A DNA stretch of 64,000 nucleotides from Malassezia furfur. Taxonomy: Eukaryota. The position numbers and the translations under genes were made by a program. How positions within the stretch are numbered: the first letter of the stretch is position 1; each line of letters opens with the position of its first letter. The stretch is taken from assembly GCA_052055015.1 (NCBI GenBank), contig JBQJIT010000015.1; one strand, given 5' to 3'. The notes under the pieces were generated by a model. It had not been told where the DNA came from. It worked only from the letters and a program-made list of their open reading frames with translations, and did no database searches. Below, in pieces: positions 24,301 through 36,000 of this stretch.

Positions 24301-24393
24301 GTGCCGCTCCCGCAGGCCCCGCCCGAGATCCACGCGATCCTCGAGCACATTTCCCATCTCTTGGCAGACCGCCCGGCGCAGACCGTGGCATAG
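18343..24393 (+). CDS. NOT1: CCR4-NOT scaffold Not1 (start uncertain: first AUG is 18625, homologous-looking sequence begins by 18421)
   Basis: SDKILFTLNNL, LKNLASWLG, FQPPNPWL, KLNLKFEIEVL, VVERSVTIA, LERVIVNRPHPWGL. Confidence 0.95.
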   Translation: MTQRDSSTPERSREARAAASDVSVPGIAERQIAYLVWRLAPDNYQDTLREFTLLVEEFGPRARTTLRTELQRAANDQPLAQQALQQCASLVTRTMFTPLPDVGASSLPPDAPSAAVLDAAVDQLARSRQAKAPAALGAFLSQFLADPSHDGPALAPLERQQIFSAAKERVGADVLSQALLTAVPKVPAKRTLASVLLDLGPDGLVSVELARALLAHLKWTSASVHDVAQLLGALFSAPVAAQRPVTNFDALTRALSALDKQLAWAQVIRTLDALEYATFAPSVGLGMGLAAVLLAAPSADAPADASDAAVAGLWGVWTHPLRQLQLLYSLLVLGEDTFTFTAVHTRRVLTLDALAQAPAVVQSQAQHAVDSTWNSLDLIETLMELAGSASGAEDGAEVGKAVTAILERAIKTHAELVLLGLVQLPQSTNAVHPELVSKLLVMFLAGHAQQQLVFWQLWHTSPTLLLDLLLRVYRESPLHLARIVEVAHELQFVDRLLELRPLAFALDVAAYAARRDYLALEPYLQRLVGEGSEPHVIHATLDFLEGKVKADLLRRDPQVEPTFVPLSVQAIATILRVLRANGDSMTAEEIEHFKVVRNLCLQLHPRLMSLTPGAEGVEPGLSVASFPKEIHREADTWYRQMYEEKTSVDEIIALLQRCKLSDDEHDHQLFACMVHTLFDEHRWFELYYPPRELLMTAVVFGSLIQYSLIDSIPLGIAIRYVLDALRSPPDSTMFHFGVQALLRFQARLAEWPQLCQALLALPQLQQTHSELVNVVTHALANAKSGKVPPPPTLADARSFAAIAPDALPAGDAQHKPSEELSDKILFTLNNLTTANFASKMPALREMVQPGVLHWFAKYLVLERASIEPNNHELYMHVLDSLEQRAVYRYVLYETFVKLKSLLESEKTMQSTSERTVLKNLASWLGSATLAKNKPIRFRNLAFKELLLQGHESGRLIVVIPFVCKVLEHCASSDVFQPPNPWLMAVCRLLVELYQFADLKLNLKFEIEVLFKSLQVDLQALEPSVLLLGRRPVEAPPETLAAYPGAAALAQGMEKLAVSDAYAPVDKLGALLQNMAQYIVVSPQVVPYANQAPWKRVLFVAIERAIQEIITPVVERSVTIASISTRELVSKDFAMEPDERKMAAAAHHMAQSMAGSLALVTCKEPLRVSVLAHARTLFAAGGVTEQQLPEQALLLLVQDNLDLACMVIEKTAMEKALAKVDEGLAVAYTARREFRAHGRGTLFWDSAALSHYSTKLPDPLRIAPPGLQPAQLRVYESLAMPMEPRVDEVRAAEAYDEMAVATLAPAQALERFGLIAAKLEPFFAEVGDTQTLATLPTTHFVRQVSPSLTELVSVAAPRDDAILLLAQKVVQLLYKAPSDLARDVWVALLEQLCEQSPKVAKEVTAWLVFAEDERKFNVPVTLALVRANLVAIADEDQQLAKLLVRTHFRPSVVEFSAAFARACLREKLAGRAQLQGVLGALAQAAQFGRASPSVAAVLEEASEGAGELPLREQLAYSFANWVRVYQQSSAPEKTFIEYVRQLQSQNVLKGEEISSLFFRVCTEVSVDHFLKQQAVGGTLASGLYSPVDTFAKMIVYMVKYHADPHGVNDEAAKVHYLTKILSIVTLVLAQAHEAHGARFQQRPFFRLFSSVLHDLHAAENQLHGAYFAALLAIANSLHTLQPFFFPGFAFAWVSLVSHRLFLPQLLGAKQPEGHAAFHRLFLAQLRFLAPFLRQSQMHDTTRLLYKATLRMLLLLLHDFPEYLAEHHQSLCDAVPPTCIQMRNLVLCAFPRTMRLPDPFAGSLRVTQLPEAAHDPVVVYDFHAVLAAVPKLQDALEAFAQRHAPPTFLTTLKEALTLPTPHGAEPRYREPVIHAAALYVATQVLEGPVHLLAGDAQHDPVVEMYTYLLHELEPEGRYLLLSAAANQLRFPSRHTAYFSALLLLLYTEVSDELVREQVLRVLLERVIVNRPHPWGLLYTFARLLRARSVPLPQAPPEIHAILEHISHLLADRPAQTVA

Positions 24394-24578
24394 ATAGCGT
24401 ACACGACAACGCATGCACTCTCCAAACACACGTAGCATGCGCACGCCGGCGCGCCATACCGCGCACCGGCGCGCGCCGCACCCGCCGCTGGCGCTCGTGC
24501 GGCACGGGCCTCGGCTCCCGCGCGCGCACCTCCACCCCCGTTCGCGCCGCCGCTATCGAGCCCGGGGACGACGCACGG

Positions 24579-27500
24579 ATGCTCGGCCTCTTCGACGCGA
24601 TCTGGTCGTCCGACGACTTTACGCGGACGTTCCGCCTGAGCGTGCTGAACGGTGTGATCCCCGTGCTCGCGGCACTTGGGGGTCAGCGCGACCGCACGCT
24701 GGCACCGCTACACGCACCACAGGCCGGCCCCCCCGCGCCGCCGCCTGTCCACCTGGCCGCTCGACCCTATCCAGCAGGTCCTGCACCAGGAGAACGAGAT
24801 CATCTTCCGTACGGCGTCGGGCGTGCTGGCCGACGACCCGCGCGTGCATGTGCCGCGCTCGCGCAACCTGAAAAACACCGTCGACCTCGCCTGCGCGATG
24901 GTCCTGGCAGTGATCCACGGCTACGGCGTTACGAGCGAGTACGACCGGTACCACTTCTATTGGTTCCTGGCGTGGCTCTCTGGCTCGAGCATTTCCCTGC
25001 TTGCCTGGGAGACGCGCGAGCCGTTCTGGGCACAGAAGCTGTGCCTTAGCGCGTCTTACGTCCTAGTGATGCTGTGCAATGTGCGCTCCGAGATCCTCGC
25101 GAACAACACCACGCTCGAGTACGACGACCTCGCACAGCTCGTGCTCGGCACGACGGTGCTGGTGCTCGCGCTGTTTGTGCCGTCGCCCGCCGAGCTGCCG
25201 CCGCAGTTGGTCCGCCTGCACACCGACTTCAAGCCGCTGCCCGGCGCCGGAACCCCCGCCGAGATCCCACCGCCGCCCAACTACCACGTGTCGCCATTCA
25301 TGCGCGCGACCTTTTCCTTCATCACGGGCTTTGTCTGGAAGCAATATTGGGAGCCGACGACGCTCAACAGCGTGCCCGAGATCCTCCCGCCGTATCGCGC
25401 GGCATGCATCGTCGGCCTGTCGCGGCGCAACGACGAGACGGTCAATGCGCACATCGCCGGCGCCGCGCGGCAGCTCGAGTCGCTGCATCGGCGCCTGTGG
25501 CGCGCGATCGGCGGCTCGGTTTTGAAGCAGTGGCTGCTGCAGCTCTTCCGCGTATGCTTCCGCATGGGTCCCATTTTGGCGCTCTCGGCGCTGCTCGCCT
25601 TTGCCGAGGAGCGCGACGCGGCTGAACGCATGGGCACGACGCCCCCGCCGCTGCACATGGGCCTCCTGTGGGCGGGGTTGATCTTTGCGAGCCAGATGGC
25701 CGAGTTCCTGTGCGACGTCAACTGCCTGCAGCTCGGGCGCGCGGCGGCGACGCAGGCGCGCTCGCTGATCACCACCGAGGTCTTTAGCAAGATCCTGCGG
25801 CGGCGCATGCACTATGAGACCCGCAGCGGGGCGCCGCGCGACGCGGAGCCGACGCACGATGCGGACGACGGGCGCGTGATCAACCTCGTGTCGGTGGACG
25901 CGACCAAGATCGACGCGCTCATCTCGCTGAGCCATCAGCCGCTGCTCGAGTATCCGCTGACGATCACGCTGTGTGTCGCGCTCCTCTTCCATGTGCTCGG
26001 CGTCGCGGCGTTTGCAGGCATCCTGATCATGCTCCTCGCGACGCCGCTGCAGACGCGCCTGTCGAAGCGCATGTTGGTGGTCCAGGACTTGATTTTGCGG
26101 GCGACGGACGCGCGGCTGCGCCTTGCCAACGAGGTGCTTGCGTGCATCAAGACGGTCAAGTTCTTTGCGTGGGAGACGCCGTTTGTCGCGCGTATGAACG
26201 CCGCACGCGCCGAGGAGCTGCGCATGCTCATGATCGACAACGTGATCAGCGTGCTGAGCAGCCTGCTGTTTGTCGGCATGCCGATGCTCGTGACGCTTGC
26301 CACGTTCGGCATCTACACGCTCGTGCTCGGTGAGGATCTCACCGCGCAAAAGGCCTTTACTGCGCTGTCCATCTTCAACGCAATGCGGGTGCCGCTTGCG
26401 GATCTGCCCGAGCTGCTCGTCGTGACGCTCAATTCATGGGTGTCGATCCAACGCGTCGACACCTTTTTGCGCTCGCCAGACACGGACAAGTACGAGCAGC
26501 AGCTGCACGCGGAAGAGACGCCGGACTCGCTCGGCTTCCGCGCCGCCTCGTTTACGTACGCGGCGCCCGACGCGCCGCGCGACGACGCGCCGAGCGGCAC
26601 GTCCACACCGCGGTTCCAGCTCGTCGACCTCGACTGCCAGTTCCCGCTGCACGCACTCAGCATCGTCGTTGGGCCGGTGGGCTGCGGCAAGACGTCGCTG
26701 CTGCTTGCGCTGCTCGGCGAGCTGCGGTGCACGGCGGGCGCCGTGACGATGCCGCGCGCCATGACGGCCCCGACACTCGGCAGCACGTTTGCGACGCACA
26801 TGGCGTACTGCGCACAGTCCCCGTGGATTTTCAATACGACCGTCCGCGAAAACATCCTGTTCGGCAATGCGTACGACGAGCGGCGCTACCGCGACGTGCT
26901 TGAAGCGTGTGCCCTCGGACCGGACCTTGATATCCTCGAGTACCACGACGCAACCGAGGTTGGCGAGAAGGGCACGTCGCTCTCGGGCGGGCAAAAGGCG
27001 CGCATTGCGCTCGCCCGCGCCTTTTACTCGCGCGCCTCAACGATCCTCATCGACGATGCGCTGTCGGCCGTCGACGCGCACACCGCGCACCACCTCGTGG
27101 AGCGCTGCCTGTGTGGCCCACTCGCGCAGGACCGCACCATCCTTCTCGTGACGCATGCCGTGGCACTCGTCCAGCACCGCGCCGCGTACGCCGTCGCGAT
27201 GGACGCCGGGCGCATCGTCGCGCACGGCACGCCGGCCGAGCTGCGGCGCACGGGCCATCTCGACGACGACACGCCCCCGGACGCCCAGGCGCCGGCGCAA
27301 ACTAGCGACCTGTACGAGGAGCAGGAGCCCGCGAACCAGCATTGGGCTGCCACCCAGCTGCGGCGCGACCGCAAGAACGTCGAGGCGCACGCCGAGCGCA
27401 TCCACCGGCACGCACAGGGCAGCCAGCTGTACCGCGACTACTTCCGCGCGGTTGCAGCGCGCCCCTCCATCGCGGTCGTGCTGTGGGCCGGCATGCTTGC

Positions 27501-29256
27501 CCTGTACGTGGGCGTCCGCACCGCAGACGTGAGTGGCAACGCGTGGCTGCGTCGCTGGGCGCAGTCGTACGTCGACGACCCCGACGATCCGGACGCGTCG
27601 GCGCGCACGCCGCGCTACTACCTCGTGCGCTACGTGCTGCTGGTCGTGGCGTTTGTACTGCTGTCGGGTGCGCGCGACCTGGCGCAGTTTACACTCGCGG
27701 TGCGCGCGTCGCGCCGGCTGTACGCGCAGCTCGTGACCAGCCTGCTGCGTGCGCCGCCGCGCTTCTTTGACGTGACGCCGATCGGACGTATCATGAACCG
27801 CCTCGCGAAGGACGTGCAGACGGTCGACACTGAGATCCGTCCGTCGCTGCGCATGCTCACCGAGGCCATCGTCACACTCTTTGCGATCCTGGCGGTGATC
27901 TGCTGGGCCACGCCGCAGTTCCTCTACCTCGCCGGCTTGGTGCTCGCCGTATACTACGTGATTGGCGCGCTGTACCTTGCCTCATCGCGCGACCTGAAGC
28001 GCATCGAGAGCGTGCAGCGCTCGCCGCTATACACCCTCCTCGGCGAGACACTCAGTGGCACGGTGACCCTGCGCGCGTTTGGCGACACGGACCGCGTCGT
28101 GCGCGAGTGCATGCGCCTGCTCGACAACTCGGCACGCGCCTTCCTGTGCCTCTGGTACGAAAACCGGTGGGTGAGCGTGCGCATCGATGCGATGGGCGCG
28201 CTTGTCACGCTCACCACCGCGGTGCTGCTGCTGTACACGCACGCCGACGCCGCACTGCTCGGCTTTACGCTGTCGTACGCGGTGCTGATCGTCAACACCA
28301 TCTTGCGCATCGTGCGCCGCTACACCATGACCGAGATTACTCTCAACTCGGTCGAGCGCATCGAGGAGTACATCCACGTCCCGCCCGAGCAACAGGGCGG
28401 CGCAGAGCCCCCGGCGCATTGGCCCACCGACACGGGCGGCATCGAGGTCAAGCAGCTGTGTGTGCGCTACGCCCACGAATTCCCGCTTGCACTCAGCAAC
28501 GTGTCGCTCCGCATCGCCCCGGGCGAAAAGGTGGGCATCGTCGGGCGCACGGGCAGCGGCAAATCCACGCTGTCCCTCGCCTTCTTCCGCTTCCTGGAGG
28601 CCGAGTCGGGCTCGATCGTCATCGACGGCGTGGACATTAGCACCATCACGCTCGAGGCACTCCGCCGACGGTTAACCATCATCCCGCAGGATGCGCAGCT
28701 GTTCCAGGGCACGGTGCGCATGAACCTCGACCCGTTCGACGCTTACGACGACGGGGATATGTGGTTTGCGCTGCAGCGCTGCCAGCTCGCGACCAGTGCC
28801 GAGGGTGCCGCGGGCTTCACGCCCACCGACGACAGTGTCGTGCGCTCGCTGGACGACCCCGTCGAGCAGGGCGGCACCAACTTCAGTGCCGGCCAGCGTC
28901 AGCTCCTGTCGCTGGCGCGCGGCCTGCTCAAGATGCGCGACAGCCGCATCCTGATCCTCGACGAGAGCACCGCAAACCTCGACGCAGATGCAGATGCGCT
29001 CATCCAGCGCACCATCCGTGAGCAGATGGCACCCAACGCGACGCTGCTCACCGTTGCGCACCGGCTCAAGACGATCATTGACTACGACAAGGTCTTGGTG
29101 CTCGACCAGGGCAAGGTGCTCGAATATGACACACCCGCCAACCTGCTCGCCAACACGCACACCGAGTTCTACGCGCTGTGCAAGCGCAGTGGCGAGCTCG
29201 ATGCCCTCACCGAAGCCGCACACACCGCCCAGCGCGCACGCCGCCCCCATACGTAG
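24579..29256 (+). CDS. ABCC/MRP-type (Ybt1/Ycf1-like) ABC transporter, with apparent +1 frameshift at G5 24678-24682
   Basis: Two TMD-NBD halves: GPVGCGKT, LSGGQKARI, GRTGSGKST, FSAGQRQL. The N-terminal MLGLFDAIWSSDDFTRTFRLSVLNGVIP lies in another frame but matches the paralogue's DWTPCFRAVVLNGALP. Confidence 0.88.
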
Positions 29257-29311
29257 CGCCCCGCAGATGGCCCCCGCTCCCCTCCACACCGACACGCGCG
29301 GCCTTCGCAGC

Positions 29312-30118
29312 ATGTCGCGCCCGTTCTGCCGCCCGGCGTTCCAGACGCCGCCCGACTTTCACGGACGCACGCTCGTGCTCCCAGTGATCAGCGTCGGCTC
29401 GGTGCCGCAGCTTGCCGTCGACCTGCTCATTCACGCGCCCGAGCTACAGTGTGCGCGCGTCGCTAGCCTCGACGGCGCCGAATGTGTCCCGTTCGTGGCG
29501 CCGTCCGAGGACGGCTCGGCGACCGCCGGCGTGTACACGGCGCTGGACGGTAGGTCCACCCCTGCTCATCCAGTATACCAGGCGCCCGGCTCCGGCCTCG
29601 TGATCGTGCAGCAGCGCAGCCCCGTGCTCAAGGTAGGCGGCCCTCGCACTGACCCAGTCCCACAAGACCCACTTCGCGCAGCGGCTCAAGGCATGGATCG
29701 AGCAGGCAGGTTTTGCCGAGGTACTCATCGTTGCGTCAATGGACGCCGCCCTCCGCACGGATGCCGAGAGGCAGTACGTGCCCCGCGCCTTTAACACAGC
29801 ACCACCCTGTGGAAGCTGCGCCCGCCGCAAGCCACCGACACCGCGCTCGCAAAAGCGGCCGCGCACCTGCCGACGTTTGGCGACACGCCGTTGCCGCCCA
29901 TCCCGGGCGGCGGGATGACGCGCACGTACCTGGAGCACGCGCCACCCACCACGCTCGCCTTGCTCCAGTTCAGCGCCGAGGGCGACAACCGCGGCGATGC
30001 GTATGCGCTTGCGGCCGAAGCCGCGCGCCTGTGCCGCGTTCCCATAGAGAAGTGGTGCGAGCCAGACAGCTGGCGCACGCTGTTTGGGCCCGCTCCCGAT
30101 CAACAGCTCTATGGCTAG
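29312..30118 (+). CDS. Proteasome assembly chaperone 2 (PAC2/PSMG2); introns 29550-29573, 29633-29657, 29774-29799
   Basis: LVLPVISVGSVPQLAVDLLI, VQQRSPVLK, PGGGMTR, FSAEGDN..DA, PDSWRTLFG, terminal LYG. The three introns link the frames. Confidence 0.88.
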
Positions 30119-33010
30119 ACTAGAACACTTTCCGCCAGGCCCGACGTCGGCAGCCGTGCGTGCCCACTGCGCTCGAGCCATGCGTGCGTCCGTGCGGCGA
30201 GGTCCACCGTGTCCGGCGGCATATCGGCCAAGCGCGCCACATCCAGGCCGTGCGATGCACGATTGACCCCAGGGCGCACTTGGTGCGCGTACCGTAGCCC
30301 GCCGTCGTCGAGCCGCTCGAGCGTGGTGCAAAAGAAGGCGACACGCGCCGCCAGCGCCTGTGCCGCATCCGTACTTGCTGCGCGTGCATGCTCGAGTAAG
30401 TCAGCGAGCTCGTAGTAGTGCGTCGCGAACAGCGTGCGGCACGCAATGCGAGTTGCCAGCGTGTGCAGCGTCGCAAACGCAATCGAAAGCCCCACTGCCG
30501 TGTTGGTGCCGCGCCCAATCTCGTCCGCGATCACAAAACTGCGCGGCGTCGCGCGACGCAAAATCTCGGCTGTCTCCGACATCTCGACCATAAACGTGCT
30601 TCGGCTGTGGAATAGGTCGTCTTTGGCGCCCACGCGCGAAAAAATGCGATCCACCACGCCAATGTGTGCGGCCTCCGCAGGGACAAAGCACCCGGCCTGC
30701 GCCAGCACCGCCATGAGGGCATTCTGCCGCAGGAACGTCGACTTGCCGCCCATGTTGGGGCCGGTGACGAGATGCATGCACGCCGTGCCGCCCAGAGCCA
30801 GATCATTCTTCGTGAAGAGCCGTTCGCGTTGTAGTAAGCCCATCTCGACGGCCAAGTGCCGTCCGCCGCGGATGTCAAGCGTGCAGCTCTCGTCGACGGT
30901 CGGTCGCGTGAGGTGCAGCTCTTCGGCGGCCTGCGCAAAGCTCTGTAGTACATCGAGCTGGTCCACGAGCCGTGCATTCCGTCGGATCACCGCTGCGTCA
31001 CGCAGCACATCCTGGCGCAGCATCTCGAGGCTCTGGGCCTCGCGTTCGGTAATCCGTGCCGCGAGTTTTTGTAGCTTGGTCCCGACCTTGGTCCAGGCCG
31101 CGTGGTAGTAGGTTCGCGTCGTCTTGGTCTTGTACGCAAGCGTCAGGCTTTCGTGCGTAATGCCTTTGGTACTGGGAACGTGCACGACATGACCTTGACC
31201 CAGCAGGAACCGCAGCGAGAGCGGCTCCTGGAACTCGGCACGCAGCCCGTTCTCCAGCACACGTGCCTTGCGCCGCAGTGCGTCGTACTCGTCCGTAAGC
31301 GCGCGCAGCACCGGCGATGCATCGGGGCGGATCAGGTGCTCGAACGCCTCGCCCCAATACGGCTCTTCGAGTTCGATTGACACAGCGTTCTTTTTGCGCG
31401 ACGCACGCTTGGCGGGTGCAACGGCATCCTTTGGCGCAGGGCCGCCGCCCCATGCAGCATCGTTGGCCTCCATCAGCGCCTCTTGTCGCTGAATTCGCTT
31501 CTCGATCACGCGCTCGTCGATCGCCTCGCCCAACCGCTCACCAAGCTCGTGTAGCGAGCGAAACTTGCTAAGCATTTCGCGCAGCTCGGTCCATCCCGTG
31601 TCGTTTGCGTGCGCTTCGTTCATCGCTGTGTGAAAGCGGCGCACGATCGCATCGGTGGTGCGCACAAAGTCGCGTACCTCGAGCAGATCCTGCTCGTCGT
31701 TGCGGCGCAGACTGATGCGTTGCAGCGTGCGCAGAATGTCGCCGATGCCTGTGCGCAGCAGCACGCGCAGGTCCTTGCGCAGGAACGCATTTCGAACCAG
31801 CAACTCGACCAGCGCATGCCGCGCACGGATCAGCGGCACCGACGTACTCGGCTGCGTGATCCACTGCGTGAGCAGACGCGCGCCACCCTGTGTCGTGGTG
31901 CGGCGCAGAATGCTGACGAGGCTCCCTCGCACGCTCCCGTCACGGGTCATCTCGCGGATTTCGAGTGCACCGAGCGTCTGTGCATCCAGGTGCATGACCT
32001 GCTCGGTCGGCGCACGTGCCTCGGTGGTATCGATGCCCAGGCCATGCATATGGTCCATCAGGCGGGTCTGTAGGTATACAGTGAGTACAGCAATTGCTTC
32101 GCGCTCGGCATCTGTGTGTAGTTCAGGCGTATACTGCAGCGCGTCGTGTTGTTCGTGCTCACTCGGCGGAGAGATTGTCGCGACGGAAGCATCGGCAGTG
32201 TCGAGAGCCTCGTATAGCAGCGCGTCGTCGCTTTGGGCTCCGGCATCCGTCCGGCGAAACGTGTTGTTCACAAACACCACCTCCCGCGGCTGGATGCGCA
32301 CAATTTCGTCACGCAGCGCGCGCGCGTCCACGCACGTACTCGTGTGAAAGTCGGACGTACTTACGTCGAGCCATGCAAGCCCAAACGTGTTCGACGATGT
32401 ACGCGAAATGCTTAGAATAAAGTTGTTGCTAAACGCATCCAAAAATCGCTCGTCGATCAGGGTACCGGGTGACACGACGCGCGAGACACGCCGCTGGAAG
32501 GTGTCACCCTCTTTGAACTCCTCGCAGATCGCAACGAGGCGCCCTTTTTCTTGGACAAGCACTTTGAGGTACTTGTCCAGTTGGAACAGTGGAAACCCGG
32601 CCATGGGAATCGATTGTCCTGCCCACTTGCGTGTCGCGAGCTTGATACCGACGTCGGCGGCAAGCTGCGGGGCCTGATCAAAGTAGGACTGCGTGAGTCA
32701 GGACGGACGCTTCCAAGCGCACCTCGTAGAATCCACCAACGCGCGTCAGCAAAAGACACGATGGAAACTTTTGCATGTTGTCCCGCACGCATTGCGCGAG
32801 CGGCGGCCATTCGGGCTCAGACGCCGGCGCGGCGTGCTCAGGGCGTGGCCCTACGCTGTCTGGCAGCTCATTCAGCGCAAACGACTCGGTGCGTGGCGCG
32901 TACCTACACACACCGGTCGCAAGCAGGCGCACGGCGGTGTGTACGCGCTCAAGCCGCGTCGCCGCAACGCCGCGCCGCACCGCAAGCCGCGCGCCTACGC
33001 GAAGCACCAT
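30115..33010 (-). CDS. MSH1: Mitochondrial MutS homologue; intron 32689-32722
   Basis: Presequence-like N-terminus, [54 protein letters not shown]. Confidence 0.93.
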
Positions 33011-33090
33011 GCGCGTGTGGAGGTGGGCTGACTAACGCCGAAAAAGCAGCGGCAGCGCATGGCTGGGGCGAACCTTAAATCGGCAACGAT

Positions 33091-36000
33091 ATGCGAGCAG
33101 CGGAGGCGGCGTATGCTGCACTGGGCCGGCCGTGCTGGCTCGATCCGTTTGGCTCACTGGACTGGACTCCGTGTTTCCGTGCAGTGGTGCTGAATGGTGC
33201 TTTGCCCTATGCCGTGCTGGCATGCTCGGCCATTGCGTGGGTGTCGGCCGTCGTCGTAGATAAGAACAAGCGGCGTGAGCACTTTGCGCGCGAGGTTGCC
33301 CAGCTCAACCCTGAGTCGTCCAATTTCTACCAGACGTTCCCCGAATCATCGGAGACGACGCCGCTTGCGCCGCAGCCCACGACCGCGGCTGAGCGCGTGT
33401 TCCAGACGGAGAATGCGGTGGTGATTGACGCGGCGCTCTCCATCAAGGAGGACCTCACGAGCCGCGCGACAGCCGAACACATCGAGCGGCAACACCATAC
33501 GAAGCGCTTGCTCGAGTCTTTTGGCTCGCTTCTCCTCGCCTTGACGCACGTCCTCGGCATCGCACTGCACGTCGAGGATGAGTCGACCTGGCTGCTGTAC
33601 TGGGCATATGCGACAGCGCTCGCCGTGTATTCCATGTGGATGCAGCGCGCATTCTTTGTGCAAAAGACGGTGATCTCGACCGTTTACCTGATTGTGACCT
33701 TGTCGAACCTGCGCACCATGCTGTTGCTTGGTGTACCGCGCAACCAGTGGGTGCTCGCTGTCGTACAGACGGTGCTGGCGTTTGGAATGGCCGCACTGAG
33801 CTACCTGTCACCGCTGACGCAGCGCCCCCCCGGCAAGCTGACGGCGTTGTACGAAACGATGCACAAGCGTACGCTGTATGATGAGCTCCGCACCGCGATG
33901 CCGACGCCACCACGGCTTGCGTCAGACGAGATTGCACCGAGCTACTCGAGCCGGGACGATCCGCTGCCGCCGCCCGAGCAACACGCATCGCTGCTGAGTC
34001 GTGCGCTGTTCACGTTTGTGCAACCGGCGATCATCAAGTACTTCTCGCAGCCAATCAAGTTGGCCGACGTGCCGCAGGTGCTGCTCGGTGACCGTGCAGC
34101 GGCCGTCGTCGCACTCTTCCGCACGAGCGAGAAGCCGGATGTGAAGAACCGCGCAGCTCTGTGGGTGCGCCTCGTCAAGTTCTTCCTGCCGCTGTTTGCC
34201 TACCAGAGCTTCTGTTCGCTGATCTCGACGATTCTGACAATCGTGCCCGTCTTTTTCCTGTCGCGCCTGCTGAACTTCTTCTCGCAACTGGCCGAGAACG
34301 GCGATGCGCCGCTGCACATGGGCGTCCTGTTTGCGCTCGGCATGTTTACGAGCCAGACGCTGCACTCGGTGTTCATGTCGCAGGCGCTTATGACCGGCCG
34401 CCACGTATGCGTTCAGCTGCGGGCGCTGCTCACGTTTGAGATCCTGAGCAAGACGATGCGGCGGAGCATGAGTTTCAAGACGCCCACCGATGCGCCTGCC
34501 GAAGGCGAGGAATCCCCCGCTCCCGTCGAAGAGGGCGCGGCAGGCAAGTCTGGTCCGGCGAGCGACGGCCAGGTGACCAACCTGGTGTCGGTCGATGTGA
34601 ACCGCGTGAGTGAATTTGCTGCCTACACGCACTTTATCGTGCCAGAGCAGCCCCTGTCGGTCGTGCTGAGTATCGCGTACCTTGTGATGCTGCTTGAACG
34701 CTCGGCGGTGGTCGGCCTGTTTTTGCTGATTATTGGCTTGCCGCTGCAGGCCTGGATTACGCGCGTGCTGGTGCATGTACAGGAGCGCATGCTGCATGCG
34801 ACCGACGAGCGCATGAACCTGGCGACCGAGGTACTTGCGTGCATCAAGACGGTCAAGTTCTTTGCATGGGAGAAGCCCTTTGAGGCGCGCATGGAGCAGA
34901 CGCGCACCAACGAATTGCGTCTGCTGCGCCTCAACTTCTTCTTCTCGATCCTGAACCACCTCACGTTCATCGGCATTCCGATGCTCGTTACAATGGCCAC
35001 GTTTGGCGCCCACACGCTGGTCTTCCACCAGCCGCTCACGGCGGAGACGGCATTCACGGCGCTGGCGCTCTTCAACACGCTGCGCCGCCCGCTCGCCGAC
35101 CTGCCCGGCATGATCCACTGGCTGCTGAACGCGGTGGTGTCCGTGCGCCGCATCGACCACTACCTCCAGGAGCCCGACATGGAGAAGTACGAGCAGCTGC
35201 TCGCCAACGTCTCCGAGGACGCCGCGTACAACCCGCCTGTACACACCAAGATTGGGTTTGTACACGCCACCTTCACCTATGGCGACGATGGCTTTGCGCT
35301 CGACGACCTCGACTGCCTCTTCCCCGTCGGCGAGATCAGCTGCGTGATTGGGCCCGTCGGCGCGGGCAAGTCGTCCCTACTGCTCGCGTTGATGGGAGAG
35401 CTGCACCGCGTGCGTGGCACGACGCGGATGCCGTGTCCGCTTGCGCGTCTGTTGCTGGAGCCGGACCCGCAGACGGGGCTGATCGAGTCGGTGGCATACT
35501 GCTCGCAGAGCGCCTGGCTCTTGGGTACCACGGTGCGCCAAAACATCCTGTTTGGCAGCGCGTACGACGAGCAGCGCTACCGCGAGGTGCTCAAGGCGTG
35601 TGCGCTCGAGACCGACCTGGACATCCTCGAGTACCACGATGAGACCGAGGTCGGCGAGAAGGGCACATCGCTCTCGGGCGGGCAAAAGGCGCGCATTGCG
35701 CTCGCCCGCGCGTTCTACTCACGCGCCAAGCACATCCTCATTGATGACGCGCTGTCGGCCGTCGATGCGCACACGGCACGCCACCTCGTGGAGCGCTGCT
35801 TCCGTGGGCCGCTCGCCAAGGGCCGCACCATCATCCTCGTGACGCACGCCGTGACGCTCATGCTCCCTTGCTCGTCGTTTGCGATCGTCATGGACGGCGG
35901 CCGCATTACGGCACAGGGCAAGCCCGCAACGCTGCTTGCACAGGGCAAGATCCGCGAGGCAACCTCGGCGCAGGCCGCCTCCGAAGACGCCGAAGAAACG

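Noticed and set aside
20473..25049. Very long alternative-frame ORFs over NOT1 (1323 aa antisense, 852 aa sense) and many similar shadow ORFs
   Set aside because: Expected from extreme GC3 bias. The products are low-complexity Arg/Ala-rich with no motifs.
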